Assembly (NCBI GenBank): GCA_003599855.1 | Contig: QZKG01000047.1 | Span: 1,037-65,036 of the forward strand | Origin: Gaiellales bacterium | GTDB taxonomy: Bacteria; Actinomycetota; Thermoleophilia; BMS3ABIN01 | Reading direction: 5' to 3' | DNA: 64,000 nucleotides | Part shown: positions 36,271 through 44,696 of the stretch, one piece after another | Numbering within the stretch: the first letter of the stretch is position 1 | Layout of the letters: each line of letters begins with the position of its first letter | The notes under the pieces: generated by a model | Seen by the model: the letters and a program-made list of their open reading frames with translations, nothing else | Databases searched by the model: none | Told to the model about the DNA's origin: nothing | Position numbers and translations under genes: made by a program

Positions 36271-39174
36271 TTGACGGACACACTCAAACAAAAGGATGAA
36301 AAGGGACTTGCCAGGCGGAACGCGTTTCTTTTAGCGGCAGGGGACGAGCAGTCGGGCAACGGCAACCTGTGGAACAAGGCGGCATTCAGTCTTGTCCTGC
36401 TGTCATTTCTCCTCATTTTTCTCACTGGCGGGCTCAGAGCCTCGGCACAGGATATCGACGAAACAGGTGTCCTGCAACCGGCGGTTCCGGAATCAGCCAG
36501 AGACGAACCGGCTCCCAAAGTCCTGATTGTGCATGATCAGGATTACGATGACGAGTTAGCATCACAACTCGCGGCACTCCTGGGGCATTTCACCATTGAC
36601 ACTGCCATCGTCGAGGAAGCCTTCTATCAGAACGGCTGGGTCGAGAGATTCGACGCGACCTTCTTCATAGGCGGCACCCACAGGGACATCAATCCCGCTT
36701 TCCTCGATGATGCTTTCGGCACGGACAGGACGATCGTCTGGCTGGGGCGCGGCATCGATCAGCTCGATGCCCGGCACCCGCTTTCGTCAAGGTACGGGTT
36801 CGCGTACGGACGCGTGGATGCCTCGGGTGAGTTCACTGACGTCAGTTACAAGGATGTCGCGCTACAGAAGACGGATCCGGTCACGGCCATCTCTTATGTG
36901 ACTGACGAGAACAAGGCCCGCGTAATGGCCTGGCTGGAAGGTCCGGACCAGCCTGAGCCATACGTGATCCGGAGCGGCAACTTCTGGGTTTTCGCGGATA
37001 TCCCCATGATCCAGGCTGGCGACAGTTCTGCCTACCTGGTGCTGGCGGACCTGCTGCACGACGCTCTGGAAAGACCTCATGCTGAAGAACACCGGGCGAT
37101 GGTCCGCATCGAGGACGTCCACCCCAACATAGAGACAGCATACTTCAACCAGCTGGTGAGCTACCTCTACAACCATGAGATCCCTTTTGCTGTCGCGCTG
37201 ATCCCAGTTTACGTGAACCCCGATACCGGTGAGGAAATCCATCTCTCCGACCGGCCTGATTTCGTCAAGGCAATCAGGGAAGCCGAACGCAAGGGTGGTG
37301 TCGTCGTTCTCCACGGTTATACGCACCAGCTTTACGGCATGACCGGGGTGGACCACGAGTTCTGGGACAACCGCGTGGGGGCTTTCCCGGAAAACGAGAC
37401 AGTCGAATCCATCAGGGACAAGGTGGAGTCGGGACTGAGGGAGGTCCGGGCGGCCGGCATCGACCCCGTCATCTGGGAGACGCCGCACTATAACGCTTCC
37501 GGTCTCGTTCACAAGGTGGTGGCCCAGTACTTCTCTGTGGCCTGGGAGAGAAGGGACGCGCCGTTCTTCCCTTATGTAGTCACCTACCCTGATACCGGCC
37601 AGACGCTTCTGCCAGAGACGCTGGGCTACATCCGCGGTGAGGAACACCCAGCAGCGGACCTCCTGAAAGTCGCCGACAAGCAGCGGGTCGTACGGGACGG
37701 ATTCGCCTCGTTCTTCTTCCACCTGCACATCAAGGAATCGCAGATGCGCGAGATGATCGACGGCCTGGAAGACAGAGGCTACGTGTTCGCCCCGCCGGCG
37801 GAGGTCGCTGGACTGCCATATACACCTCCGGAACCTCCCTCCTGGCTGAGCAAGTTCGCCAGCGGAGTTTCGGAGCACGTGGGGGCTTTCATCCCGCAGG
37901 GACTGAAGCAGATGAGTTCGGCAACAGTGCTGACACTGCTGGCCATCTTCATCATTTTTTACTATTGGGGCATCTTCTTACTCAGCCGCAAGCCGCCCTC
38001 TTACAAGGGTGAATATGACCCGGACCTGCTGTTCGTCGTCGTCGTCCCGGCGCTGAACGAAGAGCTTGTGATCGGGAAGACGCTCGACCACCTGCTCTCG
38101 TTGAAGGATGACAACCTCCTGATCCTGGTGGTCAATGACGACTCGGACGACGATACCAGGGACATCGTACTGGGCTACCCGCAGGACAGGGTGAAACTGA
38201 TCGACCATCCCCGGGCTCTGTCGCGCCAGGGGAAAGGGCGCGTCCTGAATTATGCTTTCCGTTATCTGATGGCGAGCGACATCGTCAAACAGAAAGGCAC
38301 CAGCAAGGTCATCTACGGAGTTCTTGATGCGGACGGCCGTGTGGAGAAGAACCTGGTCTCCGAAATCAACCCCTATTTCGCCGACCCCCGGTCAGGCGCT
38401 GTGCAGGTGGGGGTGCGGATCTCGAACGCCAACACCAACATCCTTACCAAATGGCAGAACTTCGAATTCCTTGCTTTCGCCCGCCTGGCCCAAAAGGCTC
38501 GCGAGCACCTAGGCAGCGTCGGCCTGGGAGGCAACGGGCAGTTCGTGCGCCTTTCGGCCCTTGCCAGCCTGGGCTCGGAGCCCTGGACTGACTGCCTGAC
38601 CGAAGACCTTGACCTGGGCATACGGCTGATGCTCAAGGGCTGGCAGAACCATTACTGCTCCAATACCTTTGTCGCCCAGCAGGGTGTCCCGACGATGAAG
38701 GCTCTTATCCGCCAGCGTACCCGCTGGTTCCAGGGGCATCTCACCTGCTGGCGGCACATACCTGCGCTCTCCTACCGGCACAAGGAGCCGTCAGCGCGTA
38801 TCGATACCATCTATTACCTGCTGGCACCCCTGATGGTATTCGTCTTCCTGCCCAGCTCTTTGCTGTTCATCATGTGGTCGGTGTACTTCATCGCCACCGG
38901 GGCATCCTCACTGACGTTCTCGCCTCTTGACTACATCCCGGCGATACTGATCTGGTATCTGTTCTCTTTCGGCGCCGTGCCAACGGTGGTCTGGACCTTC
39001 TGGCGTGAGGAGAAGGACATGTCGGGCTGGAAGGCTTTCCTCTGGGCCCACATCTTCTCTTTTTTCTACATATTCTGGTTCCTGGCTGGAATCAAGGCCG
39101 TCATCCGGCTGGCGCGCGGCGAAGGTTCCTGGGTCAAGACCGGGAGGGTCCGGGAAGTCCATCAGCATCCCTGA
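36271..39174 (+). CDS. Fusion of DUF2334 polysaccharide deacetylase (YdaL-like) and processive GT2 synthase (YdaM-like)
   Basis: N-terminal TM/signal; VRIEDVHP, LHGYTHQ, WETPHY; TM; then DDDSDD, GKGRVLN, DADG, TEDLDLG, QRTRW (QxxRW), C-terminal TMs and WVKT. Confidence 0.88.
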   Translation: MTDTLKQKDEKGLARRNAFLLAAGDEQSGNGNLWNKAAFSLVLLSFLLIFLTGGLRASAQDIDETGVLQPAVPESARDEPAPKVLIVHDQDYDDELASQLAALLGHFTIDTAIVEEAFYQNGWVERFDATFFIGGTHRDINPAFLDDAFGTDRTIVWLGRGIDQLDARHPLSSRYGFAYGRVDASGEFTDVSYKDVALQKTDPVTAISYVTDENKARVMAWLEGPDQPEPYVIRSGNFWVFADIPMIQAGDSSAYLVLADLLHDALERPHAEEHRAMVRIEDVHPNIETAYFNQLVSYLYNHEIPFAVALIPVYVNPDTGEEIHLSDRPDFVKAIREAERKGGVVVLHGYTHQLYGMTGVDHEFWDNRVGAFPENETVESIRDKVESGLREVRAAGIDPVIWETPHYNASGLVHKVVAQYFSVAWERRDAPFFPYVVTYPDTGQTLLPETLGYIRGEEHPAADLLKVADKQRVVRDGFASFFFHLHIKESQMREMIDGLEDRGYVFAPPAEVAGLPYTPPEPPSWLSKFASGVSEHVGAFIPQGLKQMSSATVLTLLAIFIIFYYWGIFLLSRKPPSYKGEYDPDLLFVVVVPALNEELVIGKTLDHLLSLKDDNLLILVVNDDSDDDTRDIVLGYPQDRVKLIDHPRALSRQGKGRVLNYAFRYLMASDIVKQKGTSKVIYGVLDADGRVEKNLVSEINPYFADPRSGAVQVGVRISNANTNILTKWQNFEFLAFARLAQKAREHLGSVGLGGNGQFVRLSALASLGSEPWTDCLTEDLDLGIRLMLKGWQNHYCSNTFVAQQGVPTMKALIRQRTRWFQGHLTCWRHIPALSYRHKEPSARIDTIYYLLAPLMVFVFLPSSLLFIMWSVYFIATGASSLTFSPLDYIPAILIWYLFSFGAVPTVVWTFWREEKDMSGWKAFLWAHIFSFFYIFWFLAGIKAVIRLARGEGSWVKTGRVREVHQHP

Positions 39175-39427
39175 TTGCTGGCGGGCCTGTAGCTTCCCTG
39201 CCGACCAGAGCGTTTAAAAAACCAAGGTTCGCGGAATACACTCTTTGACGCTGAAAATACGGTTTTTGCACGACTTTTTTTGCAAGGCGCCGATAGAAAC
39301 AGGCGGGCGCTTTTTTATTGGGAGCAAGTTGGTTTTGTTTGTGGTACAATGGCCGCTTGGTATTTGCCGGAAACGGGCAAAAAAGGATTAGTAAACGACA
39401 ACGAGAAAGATAATACACGTGACATCA

Positions 39428-40492
39428 ATGACAGAACTACCGAATGAATTGACACAGAATCTGATCACACAAGGACAGGAAAAGGGCTTCCTGACGCTGA
39501 ACGATATCGCTGATGCTCTGCAGGAGCAAGAGCTCAACACGGAACAGATCGAAGAGGTCTACTCCCGCATCACGGATACCGGGATCGAGATCCTTGAGAG
39601 CGAGGACGAAGAACCCGCCGTCGAGGAAAGCAGCGCAAGCGAAGAAGGCCCGCTGGAGAGACCAGCCTCAACCGATGACTCCTTGCGCATGTACCTGCGC
39701 GACATCGGTCGAATCCCGTTACTCTCGGCCGCTGAAGAAGTTTCGCTCGCGAAGCGCATGGAGCGTGGCGACATGGAGGCCAAGAGCAGGCTTGTGGAAG
39801 CCAACTTGCGGCTGGTGGTCAGCATCGCCAAGCGCTACCTCGGACGTGGCCTGTCTTTCCTGGATTTGATACAGGAAGGCAACCTTGGCCTGATACGGGC
39901 GGTGGAGAAGTTCGATTACCGCCGTGGCTACAAGTTCTCCACTTACGCCACCTGGTGGATCAGGCAGGCCGTGACGCGCGCGATCGCTGACCAGGCGCGT
40001 ACGATCCGCATCCCAGTGCATATGGTCGAAAAACTCAACCACCTGGTGCGCGCCAAGCGCCAGTTGCTGCAGGATCTCGGTCGCGAACCCACGCCAGAGG
40101 AGATAGCAAAGGCCATGGATACCACGGTTGAGAAGGTACAGCACCTGATAAAGATATCTCAGAGCCCCGTGAGCCTGGAGAAACCCGTCGGCGACGAGGA
40201 AGAGGCTGAGTTGGGCGATTTTCTCGAAGACGAGGGCACGCCGAAACCGCTCGACGCTGCCATGTCAGAGATCAAGAAAGATGACCTTAACAAGGTGCTC
40301 GACTCGCTGCCGCACCGGGAACGCAAGATACTGGAGTTGCGTTACGGGCTTGCTGGTGAACACCCTCGTACGCTGGAACAGATCGGCCGGCGATTTGGAG
40401 TGACCCGGGAACGCATCCGCCAGATCGAGGCCAACACGTTGGCGCGGCTGAAAGAGCTGCAGGAGACGCAGCACCTGCGCGAAAGCGCCTGA
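39428..40492 (+). CDS. RpoD/SigA-type RNA polymerase sigma-70 factor
   Basis: Region 1.1-like N-terminus, [65 protein letters not shown]. Confidence 0.93.
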   Translation: MTELPNELTQNLITQGQEKGFLTLNDIADALQEQELNTEQIEEVYSRITDTGIEILESEDEEPAVEESSASEEGPLERPASTDDSLRMYLRDIGRIPLLSAAEEVSLAKRMERGDMEAKSRLVEANLRLVVSIAKRYLGRGLSFLDLIQEGNLGLIRAVEKFDYRRGYKFSTYATWWIRQAVTRAIADQARTIRIPVHMVEKLNHLVRAKRQLLQDLGREPTPEEIAKAMDTTVEKVQHLIKISQSPVSLEKPVGDEEEAELGDFLEDEGTPKPLDAAMSEIKKDDLNKVLDSLPHRERKILELRYGLAGEHPRTLEQIGRRFGVTRERIRQIEANTLARLKELQETQHLRESA

Positions 40493-40510
40493 GGTCGATA
40501 ACCCGTGAAG

Positions 40511-40539
40511 AAAAGGGACGGTCTTACCGTCCCTTTTTT
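40511..40539. terminator. Bidirectional intrinsic terminator
   Basis: AAAAGGGACGGT-CTT-ACCGTCCCTTTTTT between convergent genes. Confidence 0.85.
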
Positions 40540-41266
40540 ATTGCTGCGCTTGTGTCAGGTATTCCTGGGCTGCCTGGGCGTAATCACTGGTCGGGTCGAT
40601 AGCGATTACCTTCTCCAGAGCGGCATTCGCCTCGCTTGTCTTACCGGCGGAGCGCCGGACGAATCCCAGGGAAAGCCAGGCTCTCTGGTTTTCGGGCTCC
40701 AGCGTCGTAGCCTTCACCAGCAGGATCTCCGCTTCCGCCGCACGGCTATACTCCTCCTGGTACAGCAGTCCGGCGTCGATCAGCAACGATGTGTCGTTCG
40801 TTCCCAGCGATTCAAGATCGCTGACACTCAGGGACTCGATCTCGCGCAAGGCCACATCACCCATGCGCAGGCCGCTGTAGGACAAGGCCAGGCTCAGGCG
40901 GATCGCGTCATTCTCCGGCTGCAACTCAAGAGCCTGCCGGTAGTAATCCACGGCTGACTTGAAGTGCCTGAAGGAATCATTCGTCTGCTGGTACTGTTCT
41001 TCGACCTTGGCCAGCTCGTAATAACTGCCGGCCAGGGGCATCAATATGCCTACATCGCCTGGTGAGGCCTCTAACAGTTTCTCGTAATCCTCGATCTGGG
41101 CCAGTATCTCGGCTACCCTGGCTTCTGCCTCAGCGGAGAGGCTTCCCTCACTCACGATGCCGAGCTCCTCAGTATCGTCGCTGAGGAGTCTTGGTATGAG
41201 CAGCCCTAAGCCGATCGCAACCAGCAGCACCGGGATCAACAGCAGCCATTTGTAACTGAAATTCAT
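40538..41266 (-). CDS. Membrane-anchored tetratricopeptide repeat protein
   Basis: N-terminal TM; AVDYYRQALELQPEN, AWLSLG, ALEKVIAIDP. Confidence 0.8.
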   Translation of the reverse strand: MNFSYKWLLLIPVLLVAIGLGLLIPRLLSDDTEELGIVSEGSLSAEAEARVAEILAQIEDYEKLLEASPGDVGILMPLAGSYYELAKVEEQYQQTNDSFRHFKSAVDYYRQALELQPENDAIRLSLALSYSGLRMGDVALREIESLSVSDLESLGTNDTSLLIDAGLLYQEEYSRAAEAEILLVKATTLEPENQRAWLSLGFVRRSAGKTSEANAALEKVIAIDPTSDYAQAAQEYLTQAQQ

Positions 41267-41862
41267 CGCGCCAGCATCTCCTGGACCAGATAAAAATCAT
41301 GCTCTTCCAGCCGTCCGAGCACTATCCCTGCGACGACACCGTCCCTGTCGATGATGAAGCTCTCCGGGTATTTCCTGGTCTGATAGATATCACCCACGAC
41401 GTTCTCCTTGTCGAGCAGCACTGGAAAAGTCAGCGCTCCGGGATCCCGAAAAGCCTGCTCTCCTATATCTTCCAGGAACGGCCGGACGACCTCCTCGCCC
41501 TTCTTGTCCGTACTGATAGTCAGTAGCTGGAAGTCATCCCCGTTGAGCTCACGATATTTCTGTTCGATGAAGGGCATCTCCTCCTTACAGGTCTCGCAGC
41601 TCGTCGCCCAGATGTTCAAGACCACTACCTTGCCGCGGTAATCAGAAAGAGAAGCCTCCCCCCCGCCTAGCAAGGGAAAAGTGAAGTCAGGCGCAAGAGA
41701 ACCTTCGACCACCGCCGGCGGGCGCGTCGACTGGTACCACAGATAGCCCCCGATAGACAGGGCCACGATCACGGCAAATGCGGCTACCGCCACCAGGATC
41801 TCTCTCAGCGACCAGTTATCTTCGCCGCCCGCGATTAATTCCTTGCTGCTGTCCTCGCTCAT
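41263..41862 (-). CDS. TlpA/ResA family thiol-disulfide oxidoreductase
   Basis: TM anchor; APDFTF, GKVVVLNIWATSCETCKEEMP, PESFIIDRDG. Confidence 0.9.
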   Translation of the reverse strand: MSEDSSKELIAGGEDNWSLREILVAVAAFAVIVALSIGGYLWYQSTRPPAVVEGSLAPDFTFPLLGGGEASLSDYRGKVVVLNIWATSCETCKEEMPFIEQKYRELNGDDFQLLTISTDKKGEEVVRPFLEDIGEQAFRDPGALTFPVLLDKENVVGDIYQTRKYPESFIIDRDGVVAGIVLGRLEEHDFYLVQEMLAR

Positions 41863-42002
41863 ATAACCCTCTCCGGACTGGACGATCGCACGCTCATGAC
41901 CGGGTCATCCACATTTGCAGGATTGCACAACGGTTGACACGGATGGAGGAGTGCCTAAGACATAGTAGCACCGGTAACTCCCCGGCACAAAACCGCGGAC
42001 GG

Positions 42003-42770
42003 CTACACATCGATGGAAGGAAGGACGTTTTGCAGCCACCGGGATATCTCCGTCAACTCCCCGCTGGCAAGCAGAAGCCCGAACAGGATCAAAAGGCCGC
42101 CTGAGATGATCCTGATGGCACGAAAATGGCGCTTGACCGCCGAAAAAGTACCTATCAGATACGTGAACAGGAAACCGGAAGCGACAAAGGGCACGCCTAT
42201 CCCGAGACCATAGGCGAACATCAGGGAAGCGCCGCCGACAGGGTTTCCTTCAGCGATCGCAAGAGAGATGACCGAGGCGTAGAGGAACGTGGTGCAGGGC
42301 CCGAGCCCGATTGCGAAAACGACGCCAGCCAGCAATATGCCCACGAAGCTGGCTGGTTTCTTCAGCTTGAACCGGCGCTCCCTCATCAACCAGGATATCC
42401 TGATTATGTCCAGGGTCAACACGCCGAACACCACCAGGACCACGCCGGCGATGACTCTCATGGCGTCGCTGGCGAGGAAGTTCTGGATATCGAAGAACTG
42501 ACCGGCACGGCCTGCGGCAGCTCCCTGGACGACATAGGAAAACACGATGCCCAGAGTGAACGCGAAGCTGGCGATCCCCACCTTCCTGGAGTGAGAACCA
42601 AGATCATCGATGCCGACACCGGAAACGAAGGAGAGGTAGCCCGGCAACAACGGCAGTACGCAAGGCGTCAGGAAAGACAGAACCCCGGCAGCAAAAGCCA
42701 CCAAGTGGGAAACGAGCGACGCGTCGCTCACCGTGAAAGCGTCAGCGAGTATATCTACGGCAACAGGCAC
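42003..42770 (-). CDS. ccdA: Cytochrome c biogenesis CcdA (DsbD transmembrane domain) protein
   Basis: AFAAGVLSFLTPCVLPLLPGYLS, GPCT, YGLGIGVPF. Confidence 0.9.
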   Translation of the reverse strand: MPVAVDILADAFTVSDASLVSHLVAFAAGVLSFLTPCVLPLLPGYLSFVSGVGIDDLGSHSRKVGIASFAFTLGIVFSYVVQGAAAGRAGQFFDIQNFLASDAMRVIAGVVLVVFGVLTLDIIRISWLMRERRFKLKKPASFVGILLAGVVFAIGLGPCTTFLYASVISLAIAEGNPVGGASLMFAYGLGIGVPFVASGFLFTYLIGTFSAVKRHFRAIRIISGGLLILFGLLLASGELTEISRWLQNVLPSIDV

Positions 42771-42888
42771 TTCAGACCTTCATCTATTGAAGTCACTTTC
42801 TTCAGGAGGGAGCCGGTTGGATCCCGGAGGCGGGAATCATTACTGGTTTGCATCTTGAATCCAATATAGCACAGCGTTAAAACCACTA

Positions 42889-43644
42889 TCAATGGGATTC
42901 GTGGCGCCGCTCGACCCATATGAGCACGGCAGCGGCTACTACAGCCGTTGCTGCGGCGAGCACCTGCTGCTGGGTCTGCCCGGGACGATTCCAGCGGACG
43001 AATTCGACGAGGAACCGCTCCACGCCCGCCAGCACGAGGAACACCAGGAACAGGGACCAGCCCCGCTTGAACCAACGGCGCAGGTAGAGCAGGAGAAAGA
43101 AGATAGCGAACGCTGCGGCAGCTTCGTAAAGCTGCGTGGGCTGAACAGCCACGTGGACGGGGGGAGAGCCCTCGGGGAAAGCCATCGCCCACGGCAGCGT
43201 GGATGGCTGGCCGTAATCATCACCGTTGAGGAAGCAGCCGAGCCGCCCGAAACCATAGCCGATAGCCATGGCTGGCGCCGCCGCATTGATGGCCTTTCCC
43301 AGCGGTATCCGGTATAGCCTTGTGACCAGCAGGCCGGCGGCCAGGCCACCGATGAATCCTCCATACCAGACCAGCCCGGCGCCGCTGAACGCGGTTGCCA
43401 GGGGATCGTCGGCCAGGTTGTCCGGGTGCAGCAGCAGGTAATGGATCTTGCTGCCTACGATGCCGCCCACCGCTGCAGCTATGGTTATCCAGTACACCGT
43501 CTCCGGATTGAAGCCAGCCCGCTTGAAACCGAAGTATGTGACCGCTCCGGCGCTGACGAACCCTAACGCCATCATCAGCCCGAACGAGTGGACAGTGAAC
43601 GGCCCTATGGAGAAAAGTTCAGGAATCATGGGAATCCACGACAC
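42889..43644 (-). CDS. lgt: Prolipoprotein diacylglyceryl transferase
   Basis: GLVWYGG, GRLGCFLNGDDYG, PTQLYE, RFLVEFVR. Alternative start ATG 43629. Confidence 0.9.
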   Translation of the reverse strand: MSWIPMIPELFSIGPFTVHSFGLMMALGFVSAGAVTYFGFKRAGFNPETVYWITIAAAVGGIVGSKIHYLLLHPDNLADDPLATAFSGAGLVWYGGFIGGLAAGLLVTRLYRIPLGKAINAAAPAMAIGYGFGRLGCFLNGDDYGQPSTLPWAMAFPEGSPPVHVAVQPTQLYEAAAAFAIFFLLLYLRRWFKRGWSLFLVFLVLAGVERFLVEFVRWNRPGQTQQQVLAAATAVVAAAVLIWVERRHESH

Positions 43645-43677
43645 TCTATCATATCGTGAAATATAGTAATAATGCTC

Positions 43678-43705
43678 TAAAGATTATATTTGAATCTGCC
43701 GATAA
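43678..43705 (+). promoter_or_regulatory. Sigma-28-type promoter for the riboswitch-pilin transcript
   Basis: CTAAA-N16-GCCGATAA with a perfect -10 element, about 22 nt before the aptamer. Confidence 0.7.
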
Positions 43706-43727
43706 CGGGTTCAACTAGGCATAAGTA

Positions 43728-43803
43728 TGGCGACAAAGGCAAACCCGTCGCGAGGCGGGGACGCAAAGCCAGGGGTCTCCGGGGGGAGATAGCCCAGCTG
43801 CCG
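43728..43803 (+). ncRNA. Cyclic di-GMP-I (GEMM-I) riboswitch
   Basis: TGGCGACAAAGGCAAACCCGTC-GCGA-GGCGGGGACGCAAAGCCAGGGGTCTCC..GGAGATAGCCCAGCTGCCG. Confidence 0.92.
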
Positions 43804-43875
43804 AAGCTTTTGAACGTAAGGTTTGAGGTTTTGGATAGACTGGGCTCTTTTCATGGGCTCCGGGCCAGTATTTAC

Positions 43876-43916
43876 GCTCAATTGCTTTCGGCAAAGCCGA
43901 AGCAGTTGAGCTTTTT
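43876..43916 (+). terminator. Leader terminator (riboswitch expression platform)
   Basis: GCTCAATTGCTTTCGGC-AAA-GCCGAAGCAGTTGAGC-TTTTT between aptamer and ORF. Confidence 0.85.
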
Positions 43917-43986
43917 GCTTAGAGGGACGTGGAAACTGTAAAGGCTTCCAGGAGAGAGTGGAAGCGGGGAGCACGAAAGGGGTGCT

Positions 43987-44535
43987 TTGAAGGTGAAGAG
44001 AATTGCAAAGGCAGTGGCGATTATAAGCGGGACGCTGATCATCACACTTCTACTGGCAACAGCGGTCTACGGTTCATCTGACTCCGAGCCAGTGACTGTC
44101 ACCGTGGCGGTGACCGACTACATCGGGGTAGATCCTGTGACCAACGTGGCCCTTGCCGACATCAGCGGCCTCGGCGGGTCCAGCGAAGGCAGCACGGATG
44201 TCTACGTTTCCACCAACAACGATCTGGGATACAAGCTTGAGATCACTGCTGCCGGCAGCCCGGCCATGGCCAAGGGTGGCGACTCCTTCGCCGACTATGC
44301 CGGTCCTGGCGCCTGGAGCATCGCTGCCACAGACTCTGCATTCGGCTTCAGCGTGGACAACAACACCAGCTATCAGGGTCTGAACGGGGGCACACCGATC
44401 CAGATCAAGACCAATGGCAATGAAGTAGTCAACGAGCTAACGACCCTGTTCTTCAAGGCCGAGGTAGGGGCCAGCAAGCTGCAGGCCAGCGGGACATACC
44501 AGGCTGATCTGACCGTTACGGCGACAACGCTGTAG
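43987..44535 (+). CDS. Secreted beta-rich protein, candidate major pilin (WxL-like or chaperone-usher pilin-like)
   Basis: Signal peptide (..TAVYG), N-terminal VTVTVAVT strand, VSTNN..GY.L, C-terminal GTYQADLTVTATTL. Confidence 0.65.
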   Translation: MKVKRIAKAVAIISGTLIITLLLATAVYGSSDSEPVTVTVAVTDYIGVDPVTNVALADISGLGGSSEGSTDVYVSTNNDLGYKLEITAAGSPAMAKGGDSFADYAGPGAWSIAATDSAFGFSVDNNTSYQGLNGGTPIQIKTNGNEVVNELTTLFFKAEVGASKLQASGTYQADLTVTATTL

Positions 44536-44560
44536 CTTTCGGAAAACCAAATCTACCAAG

Positions 44561-44605
44561 AGACAAAGGCCCCTCCAACCCAGGGGCCTTTGTCTTTGTT
44601 TGTTT
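44561..44605 (+). terminator. Intrinsic terminator after the candidate pilin gene
   Basis: AGACAAAGGCCCCT-loop-AGGGGCCTTTGTCT followed by TTGTTTGTTT. Confidence 0.85.
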
Positions 44606-44696
44606 GCCTGTGGCGGCGGGCAGGAAATACTAATGGTTGACTAGAACATGATATGCTGACTGCATTATCTGTCGGCGACCAAGAGTATCCCGCATA

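Noticed and set aside
40538-43644. lgt-ccdA-tlpA-TPR cluster as part of the fimbrial system
   Set aside because: Common envelope redox and lipoprotein genes, transcribed divergently; the candidate major pilin has no cysteines or lipobox.
43728-43803. Riboswitch as the 3',3'-cGAMP-sensing (GEMM-Ib) variant because of its short P3
   Set aside because: The specificity position before GCAAA is G, not A, in both riboswitches.
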